A stretch of DNA of 64,000 nt from Okamejei kenojei (GCA_035221665.1 CM069133.1:99696001-99760000), one strand, 5' to 3'; counted from the stretch's first letter, positions 1-12,934 are shown. Program-made: numbers and translations. The notes: generated from the sequence alone by a model not told the origin.

Positions 1-415
1 TAATAATTAGTATCTTCCCAGGTTACGGATAACACATATCAGTAGCTTGAGATTCTTTACTGCCAGCTTCATGCTGAGCCCAGGAGGTGTCCTGAGATGG
101 TATGTGGCTGGCTGACGGGGATGTTTTGCGTTTCCTCTCAGTGCCACGCTTTACGTTTAAAAAAAAAAATCAGGATAACAAGTGCAGCTGCCACTCAGAA
201 AAAACATTAAGTAGACTATGTTCCAGTATATGATGCAAGGCTGGAATGTTTATCTAAACTCATATTTTAATATTCTAAGTTGCATTTATTTAGCTTTGCA
301 TTCAAGTGAATGCCTTATACATAAACTGATAATAAGTTGCAAAGAGAAATGCAATAGAACCGCAAAAGCAGTATAAATAGTCTATTTCTGTTAGAGTTAA
401 CAGTTTGCCATTAAA

Positions 416-1292
416 ATTAGCTCCAACGCCATCATAAAATTTGCCAACGACACCACGGTGGTAGGACTGATCAGCGACAACGACGAGTCAGCCTACAGGG
501 AGGAAGTCCAGCACCTGACAACCTGGTGTGCCAATAATAACCTCGTCCTCAACTCCCAGAAGACGAAAGAAATCATTGTCGACTTCAGAAAAAACAGAGC
601 GGGCAGACACACCCCCATCCATATAAACGGGGCTGAGGTGGAGCGTGCCTCCAACTACAAATTCCTCGGGGTACACATCTCGGTAAATCTGTCCTGGTCC
701 CTCAACACCTCCAAGCTGATCAAAAAGGCGCAGCAGTGCCTTTACTTCTTGAGGAGGCTCAAAAAAGCCCAACTGTCCCCCCAGATCCTGACCAACTTTT
801 ACCGCTGTACCGTTGAAAGCAACCTGACCACCTGCTTTACGGTATGGTACAGCAGTTGCACCGTAGCAGACAGGAAGGCACTACAACGGGTGGTGAAAAC
901 CGCCCAGTACATCATCGGTGCCCCGCTCCCTGCCTTGGATGCCCTCCACCGAAAACGGTGTCTGAGACGGGCTGGGAAGATCATCAAGGACCCCTCCCAC
1001 CCTAACCATGGACTGTTTGCCCTCCTACCATCGGGGAGGCGGTACAGGAGCCTCAGGTCCCGCACCAGCAGGATGAGGAGTAGCTTCTACAATAACACGA
1101 TCGCACTGCTGAACTCGGAGTCCCGCCGATAGATTCCCACATCTGTATTTATTTTTCTGTATTTATTTATCTGTACTTATCTAAACATTGCTATCACTAC
1201 GTACTGACACTAAACTGCATTTCGTTGTACCCATACCTGTATCTGTACAATGACATTAAATTTGAATTGAATTGAATTAAATTTGAATTGAA
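416..1292 (+). mobile_element. Rex1/Babar-type LINE, 5'-truncated (RT C-terminus, DUF1891-like region, 3' UTR)
   Basis: ORF 458-1132 (IIKFANDTTVVGLISDNDESAY...KTKEIIVDFRK...LYFLRRL...LLPSGRRYRS); (TTGAA)n tail at 1261-1292; near-identical to the minus-strand copy at 34681-36152. Confidence 0.9.
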
Positions 1293-1971
1293 AAAAATTA
1301 TACATCCAGTTTTAAAAATCACATTGTCCCCCTTCTGACTGAAAACGCCATTTCTGAAATGTTCATGACACCATTGATTCTCCCTCGATGGTATTGCTGA
1401 GAACGTAGTGCAGTTTACAATAGATCGGCATGTAGCTACCCCATTTCTCAGTTATTTATCTCTTTCTCCCTTCCCATTCCTATTATGTCCAACTTCGTGG
1501 ATTCACGCCCTCAATTCTACTGGAACTGCAAAATAACAATTTTCAACTCCATGGCCCATTCAGCCATTGCCGTCAAGCCAGCAGACCAGTGGTTCAGTGA
1601 ATGTCGAAGAGTATTTCAGCAGCAAAATTGTACGTCCTAAATATTAGGTGATTAGCACATTTCTGTTCTTTATTACGCAGTACCACATACATACTAAACT
1701 GCAGAAGCACAGCAAGTGATTTCAACAGATCGGATTAAACTGTCACATCCAGTCATGAATTATGTTAGACAATGAGCCAATAAAAGGGCAGATGGCTTCA
1801 GACAGATCCCATCCTCATCCATGATGGAATCTAGCATGAGTGGCTGGGACTTCTGAAACCATCAGCCAGAGAAAGCTGAATAATTCTTCACAATCTCCTC
1901 TGAAGTTATCCAAGATTTCAACTTTGTCAGTTCACTCTACTTGATATCAGTAAATAATTAATTGAAGAATT

Positions 1972-2070
1972 AGACTGAAGAAGGATCTCAACTCTAAACA
2001 TCACCTATTCCTTTTCTCCAGAAATGCTATCTGACCCACTGAGTTACTCCAGCTTTCTGTGTCTATCTTA
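1972..2070 (+). mobile_element. Degenerate Penelope pseudo-LTR-derived short repeat
   Basis: ctgaagaaggatctcaactctaaacatcacct...gagttactccagc resembles the pLTRs at 17493, 48746 and 50659. Confidence 0.65.
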
Positions 2071-2254
2071 GATAATTAACTGGACTGGGTACAACTGATG
2101 TTAAGGGCTATGTTGCTGAGGATTTATCTTCTCACATTAAATGGCTCTTTTGCCAAGCTCCTCCACCACAGCTGAAGTTCTTGCATCGATAAGACAAGCA
2201 GGAAAATGATTTAGGCGTGTCTTATGTGCAAGTGGCAGAGACCCAGGGTGGTGG

Positions 2255-2470
2255 GTAGATGGAACGAGCAGCAAGAGGGGTACTTGAGGCAGGTACTATA
2301 ATAACACTTAAAATACATTTGGACGGGTACACGGATAATAAAGGTTTAGAGAGATAAATAAAGGTTTAGAGAGATATGGGCCAAAAGTAGGCAGGTGGGA
2401 CTGGAGAATAAATGGGGCATCTTGTTTGACATGGGAACATTTCCATGCTGTTTGACTATGACTCTAACCA
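2255..2470 (+). mobile_element. Old CR1 3' end fragment
   Basis: Degenerate CR1 ORF2 end and 3' UTR (gatatgggccaaa...ccatgctg...actcta); short internal tandem duplication near 2338-2376. Confidence 0.6.
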
Positions 2471-2659
2471 CTATAGCTGATTACCCCCAATTAAATCACT
2501 CTCAATGATGAAGGATGTTATTGAGTGCTAATTCCTTACTAAGAACGTGTTTGCCAATGGTTGGTTTGTATTTTTGCCATGACCAACCAATCTCAAACCT
2601 CCTTGAAAATTTCTTCTTGCTTTAAGCGTGAACAACAAAATCTGATTTACAGAGTTCTT

Positions 2660-3180
2660 TTGACAGCTCTGAGGCATTAGAAGCCCTGGTAAAATGAAAT
2701 CAATGGGAACGGGGGGGGGGTTAACTCTCTTCTTGTCAGATTCATAGGATGGATATGGATAACAGTTGTGGTTGTTGCAGGTCAGTCATTTCATCGTTGG
2801 TATAGATGACCCCACAATCTTCAAGGGCTTTATCAATAATCTTCCATCCATGATAATGTCAGAACTCAGGTGCTCTTTTATAAAGACAGCACTGGCTTGC
2901 TTCACTATCTGAGATTCATGTCAAAAGATACCAGGTAATAATCCCATCTCCAACAAGAGGGAATCCAATCCATCAATCTCATTATCCATATTGTTAACAT
3001 CCTGGAGATCACCATTGACCATGAGATGGGCAAATCACATAATTACTGTGGTTACAAGAGCAAGTCAGAGGCTGGAGCATTCTGCAGCAGGTGAATCTCC
3101 TCCTAACTACCCATTTACCATCTATATGAGATATATCAGGAGTGTGAAGTGATATTCTCCACGTACCTGGTGAAGTCCTG
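2660..3180 (+). mobile_element. Old CR1/L2-group LINE RT remnant
   Basis: Degenerate ILEITID...HIITVVTRASQRL-type RT C-terminal sequence; similar to the minus-strand remnant interrupted by the DIRS element. Confidence 0.55.
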
Positions 3181-3224
3181 TGCGGAGTAGCCAGTGTTAC
3201 CCCTTTGTTTAAGAATGGAAGTAG

Positions 3225-3520
3225 AGATAGGCTAAACCTTTTCCCCGGGTGGAAAAATGTTAAAGACTAAAGAACTTAGTTTTAAAATCACAGAAGGAAA
3301 ATTTAAAGGAGATGTGTGGGCCAACCATTTTTATAGAGAGTGCCTGGAACACACTGCCGTGGTAGTGGGGGATGCAGATTTGACAGTGGTGTTTAAACGG
3401 CTTCTAAATAGGCACATAGACATACAGGAATATGGATCATGTGCAGGCAGAGTTTAACATGGCATCATGGTCGGCACAAGCATTGTGGGCCGAAGGGCCT
3501 ATTCTTTTGCTCAAATGTTT
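3225..3520 (+). mobile_element. Old CR1 3' end fragment
   Basis: KTKELSFKITEGKFKGDV...FKRLLNRH peptide and the gggccgaagggcct 3' UTR hairpin. Confidence 0.7.
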
Positions 3521-3569
3521 TGAACTCCAAAAGTGCTTCGGCATCTTGCAATCTCTGCCTTTGACAGAC

Positions 3570-3900
3570 ACTGCACTCACTGCACAGTCACTCAGATTTG
3601 GAAGGCTTTAGATGGACAATATTGATAATGTCTCTCCATTGCCTTGAGGCCTATAGTATGTAGTCCCAATCTCAGAAGTGTATAGCAGATCAGGGATCGC
3701 TACTGCTCTGTAGATCATGGGTTTTAGACCGGTTTTTGATCTTCAAAATATCTTTTTCATCAATTGAGCAGATGGTCTGTCAACCATGGTGAACTTCATC
3801 ATGGTCCACCTTTTCGGAAATATGGCTCATGAGAAATTAGACGTGGTCCATATTATCTTGATTCTCACTGAAAATCTTTATTATTAGGGAATAAAGCACA
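3570..3900 (-). mobile_element. RTE-clade LINE remnant
   Basis: Minus strand reads ...atgatctacagagcagtagcgatccctgatctgctatacacttctgagattgggact (degenerate YRAVV.P.LLY.SETWT motif). Confidence 0.55.
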
Positions 3901-4009
3901 GAAAGCTGGCTAACAGAGAACCTTTGCCTTATGGATGAAGTGGCAAAGACCTATCTTCTTGTACGCTTTGTTGACCAAGTCAATAATGACGGAGCTCAAT
4001 CTCTCAGCA

Positions 4010-4190
4010 TGTAGAAACAAGGAACTGCATATGCTGGATTACACAAAAGGACACAAAGTGCAGGAGTAACTCAGCGGGTCAGGCAGTATCTCTGGAGAAC
4101 ATCTACAGGTAATGCTTTGGGTCGGGTTATTGTGGAGGGGGTCGTAGAAGCTTGAGGAGAGGAGAGAAAGGGCAAAATCGTGGCAGTTAA
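4010..4190 (-). mobile_element. Penelope pLTR-derived short repeat
   Basis: aggaactgcatatgctgg...gagtaactcagcgggtcaggcag is the reverse complement of the pLTR seen at 17493-17620. Confidence 0.65.
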
Positions 4191-5749
4191 GTTAACATGC
4201 TCTTTAAAACTTGCTTCGACTAAACAATTGTTCATCTGCTCTAACATCTCCTGATGTAGGTCAGTATCAAAACCAGTGTGATCATGTGCTTGTCAATCAC
4301 CTGGGAATATTTTGCTACACTACATATATAAATTCATACACATGACCATCAGGCTACGAGGAAGCATGTAGGATTTTGACTGAGGATGGACAATACGTGG
4401 GAAGTTGAACTGCTTAAAAGCAATGTGCCATTTTGCCAAAATGCCCTGCAAATAATTATCATTTTCCTTGCATGAATGGAGAAGGAATGGTTAAACCTCA
4501 GTATAATTTACCCAGATAAGATGGCATTTACAAAGAACAAGTAATGAGTGGAAGCCTGCATTCAAATGTTGTTCTCTCTCTGGTTGAAGACATCTTTTAG
4601 AAGACTTGCAACAATCATGCACGGAAATGGACTCCTCGAGTCTCTATGCATGGGTGCACAACGAAACAGAGATGCCTTCTAGCCAATGACAAATTCTCTG
4701 CTACAGCTTCAAATATATCCAATTTGTCAATAGTCCCCGAGAACAGCAATAGCAAAGCCTGGAGAATCATACAGCCTTCGTTGCTAGCTCTCGGTTGCTG
4801 CCCCTGTGTCCACCACCTGCTCTTGATCACGTGATGTATGATTCACCAATGGAAAAGCAGACTTCCGATATGTCTGGTCCCACTGAAGTGTGCATTTCTG
4901 AGCTAGTTCACGATCTGCGTGAGGCCTGTGTCAAAGTGCGTTCAATGGGAGTGGTTCCTTCAAGGACTTGGACCACTGCGGGAGGTAAAAGATTCGAATG
5001 GGTTTTGTCATGGTGAGAGTGTTTGAACTCATGTACATGATCGTATTTCGCTTACTGAGTAAGTGTTGTACGGCATGTGGCTGTCTGATATTTAATTTGA
5101 TCAGCGCATAGCTGGGAGGCTCACATTTCCCCAAATCCTATAGCAAAGTGCACCTAGGCTTTCCCAATTTTCAATTCCGACTCCTCGACACATACAAGCT
5201 ATGCAATGGCTGGAAGTGCAATCCTGTTCTTGTCTCATTCTTCATTTGACTTATATCCCCTTTTAGTAAGGAAAGTAGAGAGCTATGAATGGGAATAATG
5301 GCATGCATTAACCGATGGATAGAGATTACTTTTTGAGGATGAATAGCGGGGAGGACCAAGATATTGATTAAGGAAGAGTGAGAGCCAGTGGTATAAGGTC
5401 ATGTGAGGATGCGAGAAAGTGCATAGACAGTGAGCACTCTGTATACCTGAAAGTAAATTGCCATGATGAAACGGCTTTAGACTTTTTGGGTACATCAAGA
5501 TGAGGCTGAATGTACAAATGTTCTTAGATTTTCCCATGTTCTGCATTGTATCCAGGAGGTTAACTCAATTATCTTGTGGCTGTCCTCTTAAACAATTGGT
5601 AGCCTATTTTCTTTAATCCCCTTGACATAAGGGAAAAACAGAATTCCTGCAGTTTCTATATCGCCTAAAAATATTATAACATATCACACATAGGGACAAT
5701 TTGTTGTCCACAACTTAATGATTTTTTTTCGACTATGCCCACTTCAATG

Positions 5750-6950
5750 AAGGTATGTTACAAAACTTACCTTTAGCAGTACTGCAGTTCTGTCACTGGC
5801 CATGTGTGCGACTTTGGTGCCGTTGAGGGGTGGGGGGTGGGGGGGGGGGCGGGGTTAAATCGCGGTTTTCCCTTGCCATCCGGAGTTTTATTTTCTCGGA
5901 GTGCGATCTTTTGCTAAAGATTCGTTCCGACTGCCAGTAAGTGAATTTTTTTTTTAAATCGCCCAACTATTTCAGCGCTGCAGTAAAATAAAAATTAGCT
6001 CCTAATGCCGTGAACGCCGACAACGGGGACCGATTTTACGTAGGGGACAGGTAAGTGAAAGCTGTTTAATTTTACATATTAACTTGTTTGTTTAGACGAC
6101 CTACTACAATTTTCACACAGAGAGTGGTGAATCTGTGGAATTCTCTGCCACAGAAGGTAGTTGAGGCCAGTTCGTTGGCCATATTTAAGAGGGAGTTAGA
6201 TGTGGCCCTTGTGGCTGAAGGGATCAGGGGGTATGGAGAGAAGGCAGGTACAGGATACTGAGTTGGATGATCAGCCATGATCGTATTGAATGGCGGTACA
6301 GGCTCGAAGGGCCGAATGGCCTGCTCCTGCACCTAATTTCTATGTTTCTATGTTTCTATGATCGACATTTCATGTCGCGAAACGGTGATTTATTCCCCAT
6401 TAATTTACGGGCATTAAACACTGAATTCCTTCAATTTGGCCTATAAATCAATGACAATTAGATTTAAAAGTCATGTTATATTGTGAATTCTTGTGTGGAT
6501 GTTATTTGGACACTTAGGCTTTAAAAAAAATGTTAATATTTTCTTAAGAAATGGATAGATGTTTAGATCTAGTAATTGAATTGTGTAATTAACTACAATT
6601 GGGTAACTAAATAATTATATGCTATAATTTCAGGTCATCCAAGTAAGATTGATTCATATTAGTTTCAGAATGCTTCAATCTATAATAACTGAAAATTTAT
6701 TTCAGTTCTCTTAATTTTTAAGAAAGTTATGGGCTTTTGACTGTCCTCGATCACAGCTTTTGTGTTAAGTCAATGGAAAAGCAATAGGGAACAAGAAGCT
6801 AATTTCTGAGTATGAAAATGGCCATAACTCTTTTAATACTGAAGATATGAAAGTGAATTAGATGTCAAATTAAACTTCTTTTTATGCTTTATCTGATGGG
6901 ATAAATTGCAGATTTGATATTTTAAATCTCAAAATGTTGTAACATTGCTA
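5750..6950. mobile_element. Non-autonomous DNA transposon, hAT-like, with a nested CR1 tail
   Basis: Short imperfect TIRs (aaggtatgttacaa versus reverse complement tagcaatgttacaa) flanked by direct repeat ttcaatg at 5743-5749 and 6951-6957. Confidence 0.55.
6109..6360 (+). mobile_element. CR1 3' end
   Basis: FTQRVVNLWNSLP...GYGEKAGTGY*, ggctcgaagggccgaatggcc hairpin, (TTTCTATG)n tail. Confidence 0.92.
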
Positions 6951-6992
6951 TTCAATGGTTCAGTGATCCATGATTTGCGGGGAATGATTCAA

Positions 6993-8378
6993 GAATTCTT
7001 CTGCAGTTGTACAGGGCTCTGGTAAGACCGCATCTGGTGTAATGTGTACAGTTTTGGTCTCCACAGTCTGTCCTTTTTTTCTATCTTTTTTTTAAATTTT
7101 AGTTTGGCTTAACAGTATGTTTGCAGGTTTCTTTAGTTTTTCTATGTGGGGGGAGGGGGAAACCCTGTCAATTCCCAGTCACTTCCTGGCAAAGATGCGA
7201 CTATTCTCCGAGTCGTGTCCTCGCCCCCCTCCTCGCGGCCTACACCTGGATTGGAGTGGCCTTTCCTGCTGGGGACCCGGACCAGAGTTTCAGCAGTGGC
7301 GGCGCAGCGCTGGGTTCACCACGGAGCGGGCGATGCCTACCTGGATCGCCATTTGAAGCTCCGGAGTGCTGGGCCTGCTGCATCAACATCGCAGAGCTGT
7401 GGTTCGTAGAGCTCCCAGCGCGGGCGGCGCTGACGTCAACATCGCAGAGTCCTGGGATCCCTTTGCTGAGGGCCGCCAGCGTGAATCTGCGCCCAGCGCG
7501 GCCGGTAGACTTCGGGAGCTGTGGACTCCAGTAGGAAGTGGCCGCTTTGGAGATCCAAGCCGCTGAGGTTGTCCTCCCGTTCTGACGTCAGAGTTTCATC
7601 ATCCCGGCGAGCGGGCCACCCGTAGCGGCGACTACAGAGGGCTCGAGAGGCCCCGACCACGGGTGAACATCAAGAACATCAGAGGAAGAGGACTGACTTT
7701 GGTGCCTTCCCTCACAGTGGGAAACTTTGATTCTGCTGTGTGAGGATGTTTTATGCTGGAGTCTATCGTGTGTTGTGTTCTTTTTTTTATTTGTATGGCT
7801 GTACGGTAACCACACATTTCACTGTACCAACTGGTACATGTGACAAATAAATGTATCTTGTCTCTTGTATCTTGTGATTGAGGCAGTGCCAGCATAGGTT
7901 CACGAGATTGATCCCTGGGTTGGCGGGACTGTCATATGAAGAAAGATTGAAAAGACTAGGCTTGTATTCACTGGAGTTTAGAAGGATGAGGGGGGATCTT
8001 ACAGAAACATATAAAATTATAAAAGGACTGGACAAGCTAGATGCAGGAAAAAATGTTCCCAATGTTGGGCGAGTCCAGAACCAGGGGCCACAGTCTTAGA
8101 ATAAAGGAGAGGCCATTTAAGACTGAGGTGAGAAAAAACGTTTTCACCCAGAGAGTTGTGAATTTGTGGAATTCCCTGCCACAGAGGGCAATGGAGGCCA
8201 ACTCACTGGATGGATTTAAGAGAGAGTTAGATAGAGCTCTAGGGGCTAGTGGAATCAAGGGATATGGGGAGAAGGCAGGCACGGGTTATTGATTGGGGAC
8301 GATCAGCCATGATCACAAAGAATGGCGGTGCTGGCTCGAAGGGCTGAATGGCCTTCTCCTGCACCTATTTTCTATGTT
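6993..8378 (+). mobile_element. 5'-truncated CR1, interrupted by a GC-rich retroposon at 7064-7874
   Basis: LQLYRALVRPHL before 7063 resumes as ...RFTRLIPG after 7877; CR1 3' UTR and tail end near 8378. Confidence 0.88.
7064..7874 (+). mobile_element. GC-rich non-autonomous retroposon with Rex1-like 3' end (copy 1)
   Basis: CpG-rich core; 3' hairpin tgtacc-aact-ggtaca, then AATAAA and a (TCTTG)-type tail; architecture shared with 45165-45826 and 59501-60735. Confidence 0.7.
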
Positions 8379-9215
8379 TAATGCCGTAATTTCCTCAAGA
8401 CTCATGAAAATATAGTGCCTCAAAACTCAAAAAATAAAATATTCCTTAAATCATTCTTATTTCTGTTGTGTTTTTTAAAGTCATCGTGAAAAACTGTTTT
8501 GATTTATTCATTTCTGGCACTCACTCTTTCTTAGGCAATACCTTTATGCCTAATGAACACAGTTTACAAATAACTCCCATTTATATAATTTCAAATTATG
8601 CAAGAATAAAATAGGAAGACATAATTCCTACCAATTAACTAGCTATGAACACCAGGTATGGCTTCCAATTCTCTTCTAATATCAGGCCCCTGGAGTTTCT
8701 GGGGATTATCAAGTTTATTACCAGAAAGATTAGTCTTTCAAATGAGACTGTAAAGCACGTCTCCTTCTGTTCTCCTGTAAAGGATAAAAGATCTTATTCA
8801 ATTATTTCAACTTATCAAATTTCTTTGGAGACATTTACCAGATTATTTAAACATTATCATTGAAAAAATTATTTAAAAGATTTAAAACATTTTAAAACAC
8901 TAGCAAATAATTTAGACATTAAGAAAAAATAAAATAACTCAAATATTCACCTTTTTTCCACAGTCTTCATTACCCGCTCAAGTGGGTGGTGTCACCCAGC
9001 CCTGAATAAATGCCCTTCACATCCAGTAAATCTGTTCAGCATGTTAGTGTCCTGCCAGTGGGCGCAATGGTGAGTCTAGTACTTTAGAGTGAAGTCAGAT
9101 ACATTAGCATCTGGAATCCATCTGATGTTGAACATTCACATTTGCCAGAGCATTTGCAGTGGTCAAGGATGCACTGAGCCTGAGGAAGGGTACAACATAG
9201 TATCCCTAGTGGTTG

Positions 9216-9731
9216 TATAGGGAGTGCAGAGAAGGTTCACCAGACTGATTCCTGGGATGTCAGGACTGTCTTATGAAGAAAGACTGGATAGACTCGGTTT
9301 ATACTCTCTGGAATTTAGGAGATTGAGAGGGGATCTTATAGAAACTTACAAAATTCTTACGGGGTTGGACAGGCTAGATGCAGGAAGATTGTTCCCGATG
9401 TTGGGGAAGACCAGGACAAGGGGTCACAGCTTAAGGATAAGGGGGAAATCCTTTAAGACCGAGATGAGAAAGACTTTTTTCACACAGAGAGTGGTGAGTC
9501 TCTGGAACTCTCTGCCACAGAGGGTAGTTGAGGCCAGTTCATTGGCTATATTTAAGAGTGAGTTGGATGTGGCCCTTGTGGCTAAGGGGATCAGAGGGTA
9601 TGGAGAGAAGGCAGGTACGGGATACTGAGTTGGATGATCAGCCATGATCATATTGAATGGCGGTGCAGGCTCGAAGGGCTGAATGGCCTACTCCTGCACC
9701 TAATTTCTATGTTTCTATGTTTCTATGTTTC
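9216..9731 (+). mobile_element. 5'-truncated CR1 with target-site duplication
   Basis: ORF 9224-9628 is the CR1 ORF2 C-terminus; (TTTCTATG)n tail; TSD tatccctagtggttg at 9201-9215 and 9732-9746. Confidence 0.93.
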
Positions 9732-9874
9732 TATCCCTAGTGGTTGCATCAGGTTGATCTAGCCCATAGATGTGCTTGGAAACAAAATCTGCACGACATT
9801 AAACACGAGAATTTTGCCAAGTTATTGCAGAAAATAATCAAAAAGAAGACCAATTTCGTATCATGTGACTAGTG

Positions 9875-12036
9875 TCAGAAACAAGGGTTCTGAACTTAAA
9901 CAAAGGTAACTTTGAAGGTATGAGACGTGAATTGGCCAAGATAGATTGGCAAGTGATTCTTAAAGGGTTGACAGTGGATGTGTAATGGAAGGTATTTAAA
10001 GACTGCAAGGATGAACTACAACAATTGTTCATCCCAGTTTGGCAAAAGAATAAATCAGGAAAGGTAGTGCATCCATGGATAACAAGGGAAATCAGGGATA
10101 GTATAAAAACAAAAGATGAAGCATACAAATTAGCCAGAAAAAAAACAGCCTACCAGAGGACTGGGAGAAATTAAGAGTCCAGCAGAGGAGGACAAAGGGC
10201 TTAATTAGGAAAGGGAAAATAGATTATGAAAGAAAAATGGCTGGGAACATTAAAAACTGACTGCAAATGTTTTATAGATATGTGAAGAGAAAGAGATTAG
10301 TTTAAAACAAATGTAGGTCCCTTGCAGTCAGAAACAGGTGAATTGATCATGGGGAACAAGGACATGGCAGACCAATTGAATAACTACTTTGGTTCTGTCT
10401 TCACTAAGGAAGACATAAATAATCTGCCGGAAATAGCAGGGGACCGGGGGTCAAATAAGATGGAGGAACTGAGTGAAATCCAGGTTAGCCCGGAAGTGGT
10501 GTTGGGTAAATTGAATGGATTAAAGACTGATAAATCCCCAGGGCCAGGTAGGCTGCATCCCAGAGTACTCAAGGAAGTAGCCACAGAAATAGTGGATGCA
10601 TTAATTATAATTTTTCAAAACTCCTTAGATTCTGGAGTAGTTCCTGAGGATTGGAGGGTAGCTAATGTAACCCCACTTTTTAAAAAAGGAGGGAGAGAGT
10701 AAATGGGGAATTACATCCAGTTAGTCTAACATCGGTAGTGGGGAAACTGCTAGAGTCAGTTATTAAAGATGGGATAGCAGCACATTTGGAAAGTGGTGAA
10801 ATCATTGGACAAAGTCAGCATGGATTTACGAAAGGTAAATCATGTCTGATGAATCTTATAGAATTTTTCGAGGATGTAACTAGTAGAGTGGATAAGTTAT
10901 ATCTAGATTTTCAGAAGGCTTTCGACAAGGTCCCACAAAAGAGATTAGTATACAAACTTAAAGCACATGGTATTGGGGGTTCAGTATTGATGTGGATAGA
11001 GAACTGGCTGGCAGACAGGAAGCAAAGGGTAGGAGTAAACGGGTTATTTTCAGAAAGGCAGGCAGTGACTAGTGGGGTACCGCAAGGCTCAGTGCTGGGA
11101 CCCCAGCTATTTACAATATATATTAATGATTTGGAGAAGGGAATTGAATGCAACATCTCCAAGTTTGCAGATGACACTAAGCTGGGGGGTAGTGTTAGGT
11201 GTGAGGAGGATGCTAGGAGGCTGCAAGGTGACTTGGATAGGCTGGGTGAGTGGGCAAATGCATGGCAGATGCAGTATAATGTGGATAAATGTGAGGTTAT
11301 CCACTGGTGGCAAAAACAGGAGGTAGACTATTATCTGAATGGTGGCAAATTAGGAAAAGGGGAGATGCAAGGAGACCTGGTTGTCATGGTACACCAATCA
11401 TTGAAAGTAGGCATGCAGGTGCAGCAGGCAGTAAAGAAAGCAAATGGTATGTTAGCATTCATAACGAAAGAATTTGAGCATAGGAGCAGGGAGGTTCTAC
11501 TGCAGTTGTACAGAGTTTTGGTGAGACCACACCTGGAGTATTGCGTACAGTTTTGTTCCTCAAATCTGAGGAAAGACATTCTTGCCATAGAGGGGGTACA
11601 GAGAAGGTTCACCAGATTGATTCCTGGGTTTTCAGGACTTTCACATGAGGAAATACTGGATAGACTTGGCTTGCACTCACTAGATGCAGGAAGATTATTC
11701 CCGATGTTGGGGAGGTCCAGAACAAGGGGTCGCAGTCTAAGGATAAGGGAGAATTCCTTTAGGACCGAGATGAGGAAAACATTTTTCACACAGAGAGTGG
11801 TGAGTCTCTGGAATTCTCTGCCACAGAAGGTAGTTGAGGCCAGTTCATTGGCTATAATTAAGAGGGAGTTAGATGTGGCCCTTGTGGCTGAAGGGATCAG
11901 GGGGTATGAAGAGATGGCAGGTACAGGATACTGAGTTGGATGATCAGCCATGATCATATTGAATGGCGGTGCAGGCTCAAAGGGCCGAATGGCCTACTCC
12001 TGCACCTATTTTATATGTTTCTATGTTTCTCTGTTT
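9875..12036 (+). mobile_element. 5'-truncated CR1 LINE with disrupted ORF2 (RT)
   Basis: ORFs 10322-10702 and 10738-11934: KSPGPG, YLDFQKAFDKV, GVPQGSVLGP, FADDTKL; CR1 tail; stops and small deletions. Confidence 0.95.
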
Positions 12037-12586
12037 CTAGTGGTGTGCCTCAGGGTTCGGTGCTGGGCACGTTACGATTTGTCATCTACATCAATAATTT
12101 GGACCAGAATCTACACGGCAAGAGTAGCAAGTTTGCTGATGGTACAAAAGTGGGTGATTTTGCAGATAATGATGATGGTTGTGAAAAACTGCAGCAGGAT
12201 TTTGATCGATTGGCCAGGTGGGCCGAGGAATGGTTGATGGAATTTAATACAGAAATGTGAGGTGTTGTATTTTGGGAAGTCTAACATGGGCAGGGTCTAC
12301 ACAGTGGATGGAAGCTCTCTGGGAGGGGGGGGGGGTTGCAGAGCAGAGGGGTTTAGGAGTGCAGGTGCATGATTCCATGAAGCTGGAGCACAGGTAGATA
12401 GGGTGGTCAAAAAGACGTTTGGCACATTGGCCTTCATCAGTCAGAGTATTACGTATAGAAGTTGGGAGGTCATGTTGCAGTTGTATAAGACGTTGGTGAG
12501 GCCTCATTAAGAGTATTGTGTTCAGTGCTGGGCACCATGTTGTAGGAAATCTGTTGACAAGCTGGAAAGGGTACAGAGAAGATTTA
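12037..12586 (+). mobile_element. CR1 RT fragment of a second subfamily
   Basis: SGVPQGSVLGTL...SKFADGTK...; ends at the Harbinger TIR. Confidence 0.85.
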
Positions 12587-12930
12587 AGGGGCTGTCCCAC
12601 TGCAGGGTCCTAATCCACGAGTTCAGTAGAGTGTCTTCGACGTTCAAGCTCGAGGGGGATTTGCCTGGAAAACCTCGAGTTGGATCGACCGTCGGTGATG
12701 AAACCGCGAGTNNNNNNNNNNNNNNNNNNNNNNNNNNNNNNNNNNNNNNNNNNNNNNNNNNNNNNNNNNNNNNNNNNNNNNNNNNNNNNNNNNNNNNNNN
12801 NNNNNNNNNNNNNNNNNNNNNNNNNNNNNNNNNNNNNNNNCAGGGAAAGTGGGGGAGCGCTGTCTGAAATTCACACCCGCGATGAAGAGGAAGTTAAAAG
12901 ACGGCTGCACAGTGTATGGTAAGTTCTTTA
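12587..12930. mobile_element. PIF/Harbinger-type non-autonomous element, partial, spanning the assembly gap
   Basis: Begins TTA|aggggctgtcccact, same TIR type as the MITEs at 32347 and 34242; right TIR not seen. Confidence 0.6.
12712..12840. other. Assembly gap (129 N)
   Basis: Run of n. Confidence 1.
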
Positions 12931-12934
12931 TGAT

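Noticed and set aside
4615-5360. Cluster of short ORFs; the minus-strand peptide IRQPHAVQHLL faintly recalls a retroviral RT connection motif
   Set aside because: No other RT, RNase H or integrase motif found, and the frames I translated are full of stops
7117-7660. Overlapping GC-rich ORFs suggesting a gene or CpG-island promoter
   Set aside because: They lie inside a retroposon nested in a CR1; open frames follow from the GC content
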